Assembly (NCBI GenBank): GCA_973895155.1
Contig: OZ316894.1
Coordinates: 743,968-807,967, forward strand
Source of the DNA: Marsupella aquatica
Taxonomy: Eukaryota; Plantae; Marchantiophyta
Direction of reading: 5' to 3'
DNA length: 64,000 bases
Shown here: positions 36,480 to 47,601 of the stretch, piece by piece
Layout: the number at the start of each line of letters is the position of its first letter
How positions within the stretch are numbered: the first letter of the stretch is position 1
Made by a program: the position numbers and the translations under genes
The notes under the pieces: model-generated
The model's database searches: none
What the model was told of the DNA's origin: nothing
What the model saw: the letters and a program-made list of their open reading frames with translations, nothing else

Positions 36480-39400
36480 ACCCTGTAGCAGAGGCTGTGG
36501 AGTATTGTGTGGAGCTCTAAACGCAGCGGGGACGGAGCGGAGCAGCGGGGAAACGGAGCGGAGCAGCGCTGGGCAACGGGGGTGCGGTGCAGCGGAGGTG
36601 GGAGACCGGGCGAGGAGCGGCGTGGAGCGGGGAGTTTCGGGAGGCGTGGGGGTAATTATGAGGGTCCCCCGGCTCCCAGGAGCGGAGGTCGTCGGCCTGG
36701 GCTGACGCCCCCGGCTCAGCCCTGCGCCCGGGAAGGGCGGCCCTGAGCCCGGCAAGGACGGCCTTGCACCGGGATTGTCGGCCCTGGGCCTGGGAAGGTC
36801 GCCCCCCCCCGGTTGGGTTAGATTTCTTGCGGCCCCGGATTTTCCCCTGCGGATTCGTGCCTGGGGGCCTTGGACCTGGTTTGGCTGGTGGGGCTGGGCC
36901 CCCACCAAAGGCGGTACCCGTTCGCGCTCTGGCTCTTCGTCCGCGGGGTTTTTTCGTCCGGTCATTGGAGGCGTTCCTTCGGGTCACCAGGTTTCTGGGT
37001 TCAGTGCGGCTTGCCACTACCGGGTTGAGGTTCTTTGTCTTGGACATCCATCCCTTGTTCCTTCATTTCTGTTTTTGTTTTGCTCGTGTTTTCCGGTGTT
37101 GTTCTTGTACCCTTTTTTCATCGTTCCGTTCATTTATTTTATTTTATTTTATTTTCCTTTGCCCCCATCCTTTATCCCAGCTTTTTCCCAGCTTTTTCCC
37201 ATGGAACTCCCCTCCTATCCTAGTTCCCCTCCCACCACTCTTGTCCCTATGGCTTCACCATCTTCCACCCCTCGTTCAGCTCGCAGGTTCCGTCCCTCTT
37301 CCCCCCTCTCTTCTCCTTCTGATTCCCGTGTCCAGTGTGATGCTTGTCACAGTTGGTACCAACCATCTGGTCTGACTCATCATCGTCGCTCTTGTCCCGC
37401 TCTTCGTGCTTCCTCCTCCTTTGTGCTCCCCCCTGCCCCCCTTCCCCCTCCCCCGTCTGCCCCCCCTTCTTCCTGGGATTGGCTGGCCCACCTGGATGTC
37501 CTTGTGGCTCTTTATCCCGGTTTTCGGCATCCTCGATTGTATACCCGGATTCCTGTGCCCTTGCGGCCCCTGCTTCGGCAGGCCTTTCGTCTTCCTTTTG
37601 ACCAGCTGGCGCGTGACCCCACTGATGTCGGTGCCTGGTCCCTGCTCCTCTTGCTTCCTCATTGGGTGTTGACTCTCCCTCCTCGGGGGGGCCCGGCCGG
37701 GCATAGAGAGACCATTGTCAGGTTGCAACGGTTTTTGTCGGGGGACTGGGTTTTGCTTCAGGAGGAGTTCTATCACCGGCTTCTTGCGTTGGCCTCTCGG
37801 GCCTCTGAGGTTGAGGAGGAACCGCTGGCCCCTCCTGTACAGCGCCGCCTTCGCCGATGTCTTTTGTTGGGACGGGAGGGGGAGTTCTCTCGGGCTGCAT
37901 GTTCCTTGGTTCCCCTTTCCCCCTCTCCTCCTTCAGTCGAGACTGTTGCGGCCCTTCGGTCCCTTCATCCCCCGGCTTCTTGCGTGGTTCCAGGTTTCAT
38001 TGGGAGTTTCTCTCCGGAGGTTGAGTTCTCCCTTTCTCGCGAGATATTTTCCTTTGTCTTCCTTCACTTGCCCCGTCTTTCTGCTGGGGGCATCTCTGGG
38101 ATGAGGTTTGAGCACCTCAGGGACTGCTTCTCCCCCGATGACTCGGCGTCGGGTTTCCCGGAGTTGTTCCAGGTGTGTGCTCATGTTGCAGGTGGCCGCA
38201 TTCCGCCGGTTGTCGCTCGGCTCTTGGGGGCGTGTCGGCTCATGGCTTTGGACAAGGAGACTGGTGGTGTTCGACCCCTGGCCATTGGGGAGGTCCTGTA
38301 TCGTTTGGTTAGCCGTTGCATTTGTTTACAAATGAGGGCCCCGTTTGCATCACACTTCTTCCCCCACCAGTCCGGCGTGGCCACCCCGGGCGGTTGTGAG
38401 AGTGTGGTACATGGCTTGCGGGCCGTTTTGGACCTCCACCCTGATTGGGGGGTCATTCAGGTGGATGTTGCAAATGCCTTCAACTCTGTCTCCCGTTGTG
38501 TGATTTTTGAGGAGCTTCGGGATGCTGGGGGGAGATTGCCTCCCTCATCCCTTTTGCTCGAGCTTTTTATGGGACCCCTGCCCCCTTGGTCTACTCTGAT
38601 CATCTGGCATCTGGGACATACTCCACCATTATGTCCGAGTCCGGCACTCGGCAGGGGGATCCCCTTGGTGGTGCGATGTTTGCCTTGGCTCATCTTTGGG
38701 CCATACGGGCATCTTCCAGTGCCTTTCCAGGTTGCTTGTTCCCCTCTGTTGCTGACGATACTCACATTGTTGCTCCTGCTTTGCTTCTTGGAGATGCCTA
38801 TATCCATTTTGTTCAGCAGCTTGCCATTATTGGTTTGTCAGTACAGCCTAGGAAGTGTGGGGTCTGGTCCCGTCTTCCTCTCCCGGACCCGTTTGGGGGG
38901 TTGGCCTTTGAGCAGGAGTTTCTACAATCTGCCTTGGACCAGGATGTCTTGCACCTTGACCAGCTGGTGGCTTTGGGAGATGTCCAGATTGCCTTCTTGA
39001 TTTTGGTTTTGTGTTTTGTTCGCCGACCATCCTACCTCCTACGGACGGTCCCCCCCACCCCAGTGTTTTTGTCCTTGCTCTCTTCCTTTGACACCACCGT
39101 GATGCGGGTCTTTGGTAACCTCATCGGTCCTGGAGCCCTTGATGGAGAGGATGGTTCTTTTGCGGCTAGGCAGGCGTCTCTGCCCCCATCGGGAGGTGGT
39201 CTGGGGGTGTCCTCGGCTGTGGTTGCTGCTCCTTGTATGTTTCTTGGCAGCTGGGCGCAGGTGGCCCCCGCCTTGGCGTCATGTTTCATTGTGGACCTTC
39301 GGCCTATCCTCTCTGACCCGGTCATGGGAGTGGAGAACGGAGCTCTCCCTTTTCAGGTCCAGCTTCGTCATGCCCGGTCCTTATTACCAGAGGATGTGCA

Positions 39401-40505
39401 GAGCGTGGTCCCTGCTTTTGAGGGAGTTATTTTGGACAGTCCCGACCGAGTTCAACAGGTGATCTCTGATCGCATGCACCGATTCACCCTTTCTAGCATG
39501 CTTTCCGACGCACTATCTGACTTGGTTCGTGCTTGTCTTTTATCCGGTTTGGGCGTTGGTTCGGGGGCTTGGTTATCTGCCAGCCCATTGTGGGCCCCCT
39601 TTCGTATGATTTCTTTTGTCTTCACCACTTCCATGCGCCTCCGACTTGGTCTTCCCCACCCATGCCTCCTTGGGCAACCCACATGCGTTTGTGGGGCGCC
39701 CTTGGATAGGGGGGAATCCATATCCTGCGATGTGGTCATGGTAGTGAGCGGACGGCGACACACGATGACATACGGGATGTGGTAGCCGCCATTGCTCGTG
39801 ATTCCGGGTATCATGTTATGATGGAGCAACGACATGTGTTACCACCCCGGGATGGAGTTCTGGACAGGCGTCGGGCTGATTTGGTTTTCTCTCGCGCTGG
39901 TGTTCGTGCCCTTGGGGATGTGGTTGTTGTTGACCCCACGAGTGGAGCCAATTTGGCGTCCGCGGCCCATATCCTGGGTCATGCTGCCACGAGGGCTGCT
40001 CGCCTCAAGGCGGAGGCTTATGCTACGCGTTACCCAGGGGACCTTTTTTACCCGTTTGCCATGGAGGTCTTTGGAGCGCTGCACCCGACTTTTGACCATT
40101 TCTTGCATTCCTGTGCGGTTCATTACGTCGAGCGGCAGCCTTATCCACCCGTCTCTGTTATCACAGCCTTTTTTAGACACCGGGTGTCCATTGCACTTCA
40201 GCGTGCCCAGGCCTTCACTATCCTTCGTAGAGGAGAGGCGGTTGGAGTCAGGGCGTCTAGTCGGATTCCCTTGCTTGACCCCCCTATGCAGTTCACGACG
40301 GAGATTTATCAGGCCCTTCACTTTGCAGTTGGGTAGTCCTTAGGTTTGTGTGTCCTTTGTTCTCCTTGGGCTGGGCTTGTGCCTGGTCTTTTTTGTTTTT
40401 GGTCTTTGGCCTTTTGGCCATTTTTCTTGTTTTCCCTTGATTGGGTTTTTTGGCCTGTGGGATCCTGTCTCCCGGTTCAGCGCCCCCTGCTCTTTGGCAG
40501 TCTGA
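36480..40505 (+). mobile_element. CRE-clade non-LTR retrotransposon (single ORF: zinc finger, RT, restriction-like endonuclease); boundaries approximate
   Basis: GC-rich 5' UTR; N-terminal CDAC…LTHHRRSC finger; RT motifs GVRPLAIGEVLYRL, QSGV…GGCE, DVANAFN, GTRQGDPLG, VADD; C-terminal CVCG…HILRC knuckle, HDDIRD, RRADL…GDVVVVDP…RLK…FYPFAMEVFG (PD-(D/E)xK type); T-rich 3' UTR. Confidence 0.88.
37201..40336 (+). pseudogene. CRE element polyprotein with two single-base frameshifts
   Basis: The frames 37201-38532, 38533-39714 and 39715-40336 join if one G is added in each of two G6 runs (38527-38532 and 39709-39714). Confidence 0.8.
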
Positions 40506-41978
40506 TATATACTTTTGGTTAAGACATAATGTATTATGTCTTCAGATTCAGATAGTTTTTTATTTTAGGCTTGGCAAGTACGGATGCATGATTTTCTGCA
40601 TGACCGTATTACTTTTTCTGGCAGGTGAAACAAGGTGAGTGTCCATGAGACAAAATCGTTTGTGCAAAATTGTTTATGCAATTCGTCAGAATCACTATCA
40701 TTCCTGGTCTCTGGAAATATCCATATGACAAATATTACAAGAAAGATGATGAAAACCCTTAACGACACTCGAAGCTGGGGTTGAAGATGTCGTGCTAACA
40801 ACCCGGGCCTTAATTCCGGGTTAACGCTCTGGAGTGCACTTGACCACCAGTAACTTAGGTGAGGTTCCGGGCAAGGAGGGGTGTAGTGGCCCGTGTTAGT
40901 CTAAGTCAGACTACATATATATTTATGTATATTGATATCATAGGTATGTTTGGATTCCACCTCTGGAATACACCCACACTTAGTGACTCGGACTAACTCC
41001 CGGCTTGGGGATTTACAAGCCATTGCCAACAACAAGAACTCGCGACATATTCAACATACACTTTCTCACAATCCCAACCATTAGTCCCCACCCTGTGCAT
41101 CCTTTGAAATGACGACTTTGTCAAAGACAAGTCATGCCCAATACACAAATTACTTGCAAAGATCAGAGGGGAAGACTATATTTTACTCAGAAAAAGAAGT
41201 GGCATGTACATGGTTGACTCAACTTCTAAGTGACTAGCGGCCTAAGTAATGACGTCGATACCCAATCTCTACAAGACCCTAGATCTCGCACTTGCCCAGC
41301 AAGCTCGACTCTGGCTTTCACACCTTAGTGCTCTCTAATCCTACTCAGGTCGGGACTCCCCATGCACCATGTAAGCTTGCTTTTCCAAAATAAATCAAAA
41401 ATCCCTCCCTTCCAAAGCGGAAGGGGGTCCTTAAATACTACTTGCTGAAGGGCCGGGGGAGACGCTACCTCCCCCGGGAAATCCCTGCCTAAGTACCTAA
41501 CTAGTTGCAGCCTTCAGAAACTGACGCAATTGATCGTTAGCATGCTAGAGCGGTTGACTGTGATCCTAATCCCTAGGTCTTACTGCAAATCATTCATAAC
41601 ACGTTGATTGGCATCGTATCCTATGTCTAATAGTCCTAACTGAGTTTATCCTAATCCTATCTATTGCGCTGCTAATCGGTGCCTAAAGGCAGCTGGCCTG
41701 CAACTAAAGTTAGCTTAAAAGATGTCATTGCCTTCTTGTTGTACTGCACAGCTGACTGATCGCCCCCTCCTCTAACCACCTCTCGCACATTCTATGCTGC
41801 TGGCCCTGGGTTAGTCCCTTTGTCGGGTTGGGACTTTGAGCCGCCTTGGTCAGAGGCATTTCCCGCCCCATCCTGCTGGCTCACCAGTAGAGTAACCTGA
41901 GCCTGTAGGGCTTGGTTATCCCGAGTTGCCTCCTCTGCCTTGTTGGAGACTTTGTCCACCTTGGTTTGCAGACATGCC

Positions 41979-42322
41979 TGTTGAGCATAGACGACATTCG
42001 TAACGGCAAGCCCATGAACCATCCAACGCACAATAGTCGACACAGAGAGATACGTGGTTCACCTCCACATGAGGCTACGTCCATGGGAACACACAAGAGC
42101 TTTACTGCACTCTAGGCCGACTGGCCATACCAAGCATCCACAGCACAAGCTCTCCCTATCTCTCAACTAGCTCCATAACAATGAGCCTTTGTTCCACCAG
42201 GGTCTGGCATCAGCCCTGGCTATATGCACAACAGCACTACCGCTAACATTAGCTAAGTCCTAACCCGAGTTAGACTAACTGTGGTTAGCTCATGAGTCAC
42301 AAGACTAGAGCAATATCTAACA
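41979..42322 (-). mobile_element. Solo LTR, 344 bp, TSD ATGCC
   Basis: TGTTG…TAACA termini; ATGCC at 41974-41978 and 42323-42327; homologous to 47257-47601 in inverted orientation. Confidence 0.85.
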
Positions 42323-42748
42323 ATGCCACCTCTAGGTTGAGGTTACCGATTGTTTTAGGGTCGGCCTGATGTTGCACCAACCACTTATCCCGATCGAAGG
42401 TGATGGTATTCATTTGCTGAGCAGCCTGCACAAACTGGTTGTTTAGGTCGGCCAAGCTCATATCCTAAGCTGCTGACTCTTCCTCCAGCTGAGCCACTGC
42501 AGCCTTCTGCTCCTTAAGGTCCGCTTGAACCTTAAGTAATTCTTGTTTTAGTCTGTCCCACTAGTCTGAGACGTGGACTAAATCCCCTTCAGTTGGTGGG
42601 TGGTGGCTGCTGACTCGAGGCGCTCCACAATCATTTGGAGGCCACGATCTTATTTCCCTTGGCCATGAGTTTGTCTTGGAAGAGGGCCATAAGTCGCAGG
42701 CGATGATCCAATGTGAAGAAGGCTGGTTGGAGTAGTTAGTGACCTGGA

Positions 42749-44971
42749 GGTGTTTGTAGTATTGTACTAAGGACATAAATCAGCATTTAATGTCCAAAAC
42801 TCGGTATTCGACCCCATGGAAGAACAAGAAAGGAATGATTTTCTATCGTTTAACACTTATGAATGACTAAGGTAACAAAAACACAGGTTTGAGCCTTTTA
42901 CTATGGTTGCTCAGCAAGGCATAGATTTGAATGTTTGCTTAACATTGTAAATGCAATTAATAAAATGGAAACAAATAACAAAACACAATGAAATCTTGAG
43001 GTATGATGAGGGAGTCTGGAAAACACCAAGGTAACTTCTCATCAATACTTCATTTGATGTGATTTGGGTGGTATATCCGTAAGAACATTTCTGGAATGGT
43101 TTACTGTACTAGGATGATTACTAAAATGCCGTCAACACGTCTCAACTTTTCCTTCCAAAGGTACTCAGAAAAAAACTAGTAATCAATCACTTCGATATCC
43201 AGTCGGTACTCTGAGTCACGAATAATAAACACCATCATGATCAAATTGAAGTCATAGGTAATTGGTGAGTAACAATCTTTGCATCCCATGCACAAGCAAT
43301 GTCACGCCAAAAACTATGCATCAAGAACTCAAGAAGATGGGTTGTCACCACTTAAGGAATCTATTCCCTCATACTTCTGAGATTCAACTTCATACAAGTA
43401 ATTTTACTTCAATGATCTAAACTCTCAATCATTCAGACCAAGGAAGGGAGAAGAATTCCTTTGTATTTGCAAGCTCCATACCATACGAAAACACACGGAA
43501 GCTTTGCAAAGGTGATTCCAGTACTGCAGCACATGCCACAGGCACTACTTTATTTCTTCACACATGAAAATGACACAAATTCTACTTCATATAGGTTAGC
43601 AGGAACCCAAGGAGACTGAGATACTGAAAGGACATGCCCTTTCATATCTAAAGGGTCTTGAATAAACTTAATAACGATCATCCTTGAAAAGTGAGTGGAC
43701 ACTGCTGAAAGTGTCAAAAATGCAGGGGACGCTTCTCAAAGCGTCGAGGTTTGAGCGGACGCTTTGCAAAGCGTCGGTGTTTGCGGTAAAACTAATAAAC
43801 AGTGATTTTAATCTAATTTTGACTTCTAAACTAAGAGTCGGAATGAGTTGAAACTTTTCTAGGGTACTCTACTACATATAGTCTCTATGCTGGTAAAGTT
43901 TCAGACTTTTCTGAGATCTCTAAGTGTCTCAAATAAATCGGTAAAAGTGGCACGATGTTATAAAAGTGCGAAAACTGAAATTTTTTCTAAGTGTCGGGAA
44001 CATAGTGGACGCTTTAGAAAGCGTCCAAAACTACAAAGGACTTTTGTGGACGCTTCAGAAAGCGTCGTGGTCTTTGGGTGGACGCTTTTCAAAGCGTCCA
44101 AAAATACAAGGGACGCTTTACAAAGCGTCGGCGAAGTCGTGGCTATGCAAAAAACAGCAAAACTAAATTAATTCTAACTTTCAAACCACATGTCGGTTTG
44201 AGATGAAACTTGCAGGGATGATTCTACTACGCAACTACTACCTCCTGAAAAAGTATGAGACTTTTCTGACCATGATAGTTATTTAACTAAAATAGCAGAG
44301 ATCGGCTGATTGTGATAATTGTATACAGAGCTCATTCTTGTTGAAGAAGTGTTTTGGAGGCCAGTTCTTGAATCTTCTAGTCTGCATTACTTCTCCAATG
44401 ATGTCCAGTCTTCTTTCTTGGTAGCATGTAAAGAACAAGGATTTATATTGGCGATCCTTGTCCAATACAATAGCCTCCGATGAAGCATAACATTAGGTTA
44501 AGTGTTCAGTTGATCTAAATTGCTACAAAAGGTAACTAGATTGTACCTTGAGTTTAGAAAAAGTTTAAAATTTATAAAATTTTCATCATTTCTAACTAAT
44601 GTACAGCATTACAGTGTTTACAAAAGACAGCAAACAGGAAACAGGATTTAATAACAGAAACTGGTAACAGGAAAAAAAACTGGTAACAGGAAAATGGGTG
44701 GAATTTTTTTTGAAATTTTTTTTTTGAAAAAAATAAACATAAAATTTTTTCGGTCGACCAGTTTTTTTGCTAGCCCCCGACGCTACTAATAGTAGCACCC
44801 AAAGCTAGCCAAAAATGTTGCATTGTTAATTTTTTTTGGAAATAACGTGTTTTAGGAGATATTTTTAAATTGTCATTTTTCCTGGTAACAGTGATTTTTT
44901 CCTGGTAACAGCATATTAAAAACAGGAAAAAAATTCCTGTTTACCTATTTCCTGTCTCCGTCGCTATACCC
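42749..44971 (-). mobile_element. Deleted Mutator-like (MULE) insertion with an 11-bp TSD
   Basis: AGTGACCTGGA at 42738-42748 and 44972-44982; GG…CC termini; minus-strand remnant CLWHVLQYW (~43520-43545) resembling the MULE CxxH motif; (CT)GGTAACAG/ACAGGAAA repeats at 44620-44955. Confidence 0.7.
43695..44130. repeat. Seven palindromic GACGCTTT-NN-AAAGCGTC units in two clusters
   Basis: Units start near 43698, 43728 and 43758 (30-bp period) and near 44008, 44049, 44081 and 44112. Confidence 0.85.
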
Positions 44972-47256
44972 AGTGACCTGGAAGGCGATATACTCTACTA
45001 GCTCCACCAAAAGGTCTTGACTAAACTTTTGGATCAAATTGTGGGCTAAGGTACCGTGTACTACTCAGTACTCATCCACGGTTTCTAGCAGGGGTCCTCC
45101 CATGGGTGGGGCTACTGCTTCCTCCGCAGTCCGCAAGGGAGAGGGAATGGGATCTGCAGGGGGTGGTGGAATCGGGGGTGGTTGCATTGGAGGCAACGAG
45201 GGCACCACAACAGGAGAGGGTGGCGGGGTCCATTGTTTACAATGGTCCCAAACGGAGTACGCAGGGGAGTAGGTCATGACCAAGCGGGGGGCGGGGTTTA
45301 CCCGAGCTGCGATGGTAGGGGCGCTCGGCATGCTACTACTGGGGCGGGGCTGGCGCCGGCCGAGACCAAGATTGGTGTATTCTTCCCCCTAACCTCACAT
45401 CTTTTTTTGTACCAATGTAGGATGATCGCTATGCGGCTTCCTAGGTAGGTTTTCCCGCCAATGAACGAGTCTGTCTTAGCTCGCTTAAGATCCCCTACAA
45501 ACTGGCGGCTAAAGAATTGGGCGGGGAATTGGGCCCAATTCCGCCTCTTGCACTGCTCCACTTGCATAATTTTGCAGAGGGAGATCTTGGATGGAGGTTC
45601 GATCATGTGTAAGGTGGTCCGGATGAAATTTAGCTGCTCCATACAGATCAAATTGGTACACAAACCTTGCTTGTACCTGTTGTCAATCTTGCCCTCTAGT
45701 TTGAACTGCTAAGGGATATACTCCTTATCTCGGATCCGGAGTTTGACTGACACAGGTCCTGTCGATAAACAAAAGATCTGGGCTAACCAGTACTCTATGA
45801 GGGACAAGGTTTGTCCCGACAGCTTGGTGGAAAGTGTGTCAATGTTGAAGTTCAAGATGAACTCATGCATTTCCCTTGCTTCGAAGGTAGTAGGCCTCCA
45901 GGTTAATTGAGAAATTTTATCTAATTGATGCTCCTTGAGATAGTCCCGATGGGATGGGTCCTTGATCGTCATCCTTGGGAATGCAAACTACCTGCAACAA
46001 GGTAAATTGTTGCGAGGGGGCGGGTCTCTTCTTGGACTGAGTGTTGGCCAGGGGTTGGTCGGGGGATCAGAAATTGGTATGGGGGTAGGTGTAGTCCTCA
46101 CCGGCGGTTCAGATCCCTGCGTTATCCTAGTCCACTTCGTGGACACTGCGTCAGGTGCAGACTACCTTTGTCGGCTGATCCTGAGGAACAATCTGCATTG
46201 TCCACAACGCGTACCTAGGCCTGACTAGGCAGAACTTGCTTGGTCAAGATGGTGGGCCGGCTGGTGACAAGTTCTGGTGGAGTAGCCATATCCCAGTTGA
46301 ATGCATTAGAGCTTTCCCCGAGGAAGGTGAGATTCCGCACTGCCTCTGGCTGATAGTTGATTTCTTCCTCCATCAACTTGGCCGCAAGCTGTTGCTCAAT
46401 GTAGCCCGGGATCTTGTCAAATTCCACTTGAGTCAGTTTTTGGCCGCCCTTCACCTTAAAATACTTTGTTGGTACCACTAAAATCGCCTCAGCTACCAAT
46501 TGGAAGACTTTGTCATTGATGTACAACTCAGTAATTATGTAATCCCAAAACTCATTGTAGCTTGCATCCTTGGTGAGTGCAACCTTCTTGCAGTTGATTT
46601 GTGCTACCTTAACCACCAATTTAGCGTACCTTTGCTTGTACGCAGCCTTCTCAAAGCAAGAATACCGGTAAGTCTCTGATAGCTTGGCACCTACCTCCCC
46701 AAACAGGGTCCAGTATCCAAGAGCAATAAGGGTCATACTAACCTTCTCAGTCTATTGATTGAGTCCATCCCCTATGCCCCTTCGCTGTCGTAGTAATGCA
46801 GGTCCACAATCTCCCATGGGGAACTCCTGATTGTCTCCATGTGTTGCTCCTACTAAATCTCACTACAATGCTCACTTATCCTTTGGTTTTCTTTGATAAA
46901 AATGAGTTTGATCAAGATCGAGCGGAACTGAAGCGCAAGTGCAAATTGACAGGGATTAGGCGACAACAATGGCAAAGCGTGAGATAGCAAATGAGCTACC
47001 AAACCATCAAATGGGTTCTTATGGGGGTTTTGGGGGGAGCTTGGGCATGAGAACGTTGAGTACGAGCGGCCGCCATCGCCTAGTTGAACGTGATTGCCTC
47101 GGTCCAAGTGTGAATTTGCCATAACAAACTTTTACTTTGCCGCCGCCATAGTACAACAAATGGTCGTAATAGTGCATATCGTAATCAACACTTGTTAAGT
47201 TGACTAACCTATTCCTAGCCTGATTATAATTGCAAAAACTGCTACGTGTATTGTTC

Positions 47257-47601
47257 AATTAGAATTTACTCTTAGGTCTAGAGTTACGGCTATACCGCAA
47301 TTAGGGCTAACCTTAGTCGCAGACTAGGTTAGGTTAGTCATGTTGTGCACACACTATACCCAAGCGATGTTTGCTTGGAGAGTAGGAACTCAGCCTCATT
47401 GTAACGGAGCCAATTGAGAGATAGGGAGAGCTTGTGCTATGGATGCTTGGTATGGCCGATCGGCCTATAGTGCAGTAAAACTCTTGTGTGTTCCCGTGGA
47501 TGTAGCCTCATGTGGAGGTGAACCACGTATCTCTTGGTGTTGATACTTGTGCATTGGATGGTTCATGGGCTTGCCGTTACAATTGTCGTCTATGCTCAAC
47601 A
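47257..47601 (+). mobile_element. Solo LTR, 345 bp, TSD TGTTC (5' TG mutated)
   Basis: TGTTC at 47252-47256 and 47602-47606; ends …GCTCAACA; same family as 41979-42322. Confidence 0.75.

Larger units (their letters stand above)
41792..46736 (-). pseudogene. Degenerate accessory ORF of a large retroelement (globular region, Pro-rich linker, coiled coil), split by two later insertions
   Basis: Collinear minus-strand ORF pieces (46215-46736, 45709-45972, 45298-45663, 45065-45331, 42561-42748, 42323-42560, 41792-41978). Removing the insertions restores …EYIAFQVT-NYSNQP… and …NLEVA-CLQTKV… in frame. Attribution to an Athila/Tat-type extra ORF is inference. Confidence 0.55.

Noticed and set aside
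36474-37375. Long overlapping ORFs of 163-203 aa in the CRE 5' region, including the ORF-track start at 36775
   Set aside because: They arise from GC-rich or T-rich stop-poor composition. The plausible start is the ATG at 37201 or 37249.
40521-40542. Perfect 10-bp hairpin AAGACATAAT-GT-ATTATGTCTT after the CRE element, as a terminator or target site
   Set aside because: It is short, AT-rich and seen once, so no function can be supported without other copies.
40793-41017. Possible short solo LTR (minus strand TGTAAATCCCC…)
   Set aside because: No matching TSD or second copy could be found in the window.
43695-44130. CRISPR-like palindromic repeats with spacers
   Set aside because: Spacers are only ~12-23 bp and related to each other, the repeats are degenerate, there are no cas genes, and the context is a eukaryotic TE.
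41979-47601. Inverted 345-bp repeats read as the TIRs of one 5.6-kb element
   Set aside because: Each copy has its own distinct 5-bp TSD (ATGCC and TGTTC), so they are independent solo LTRs.
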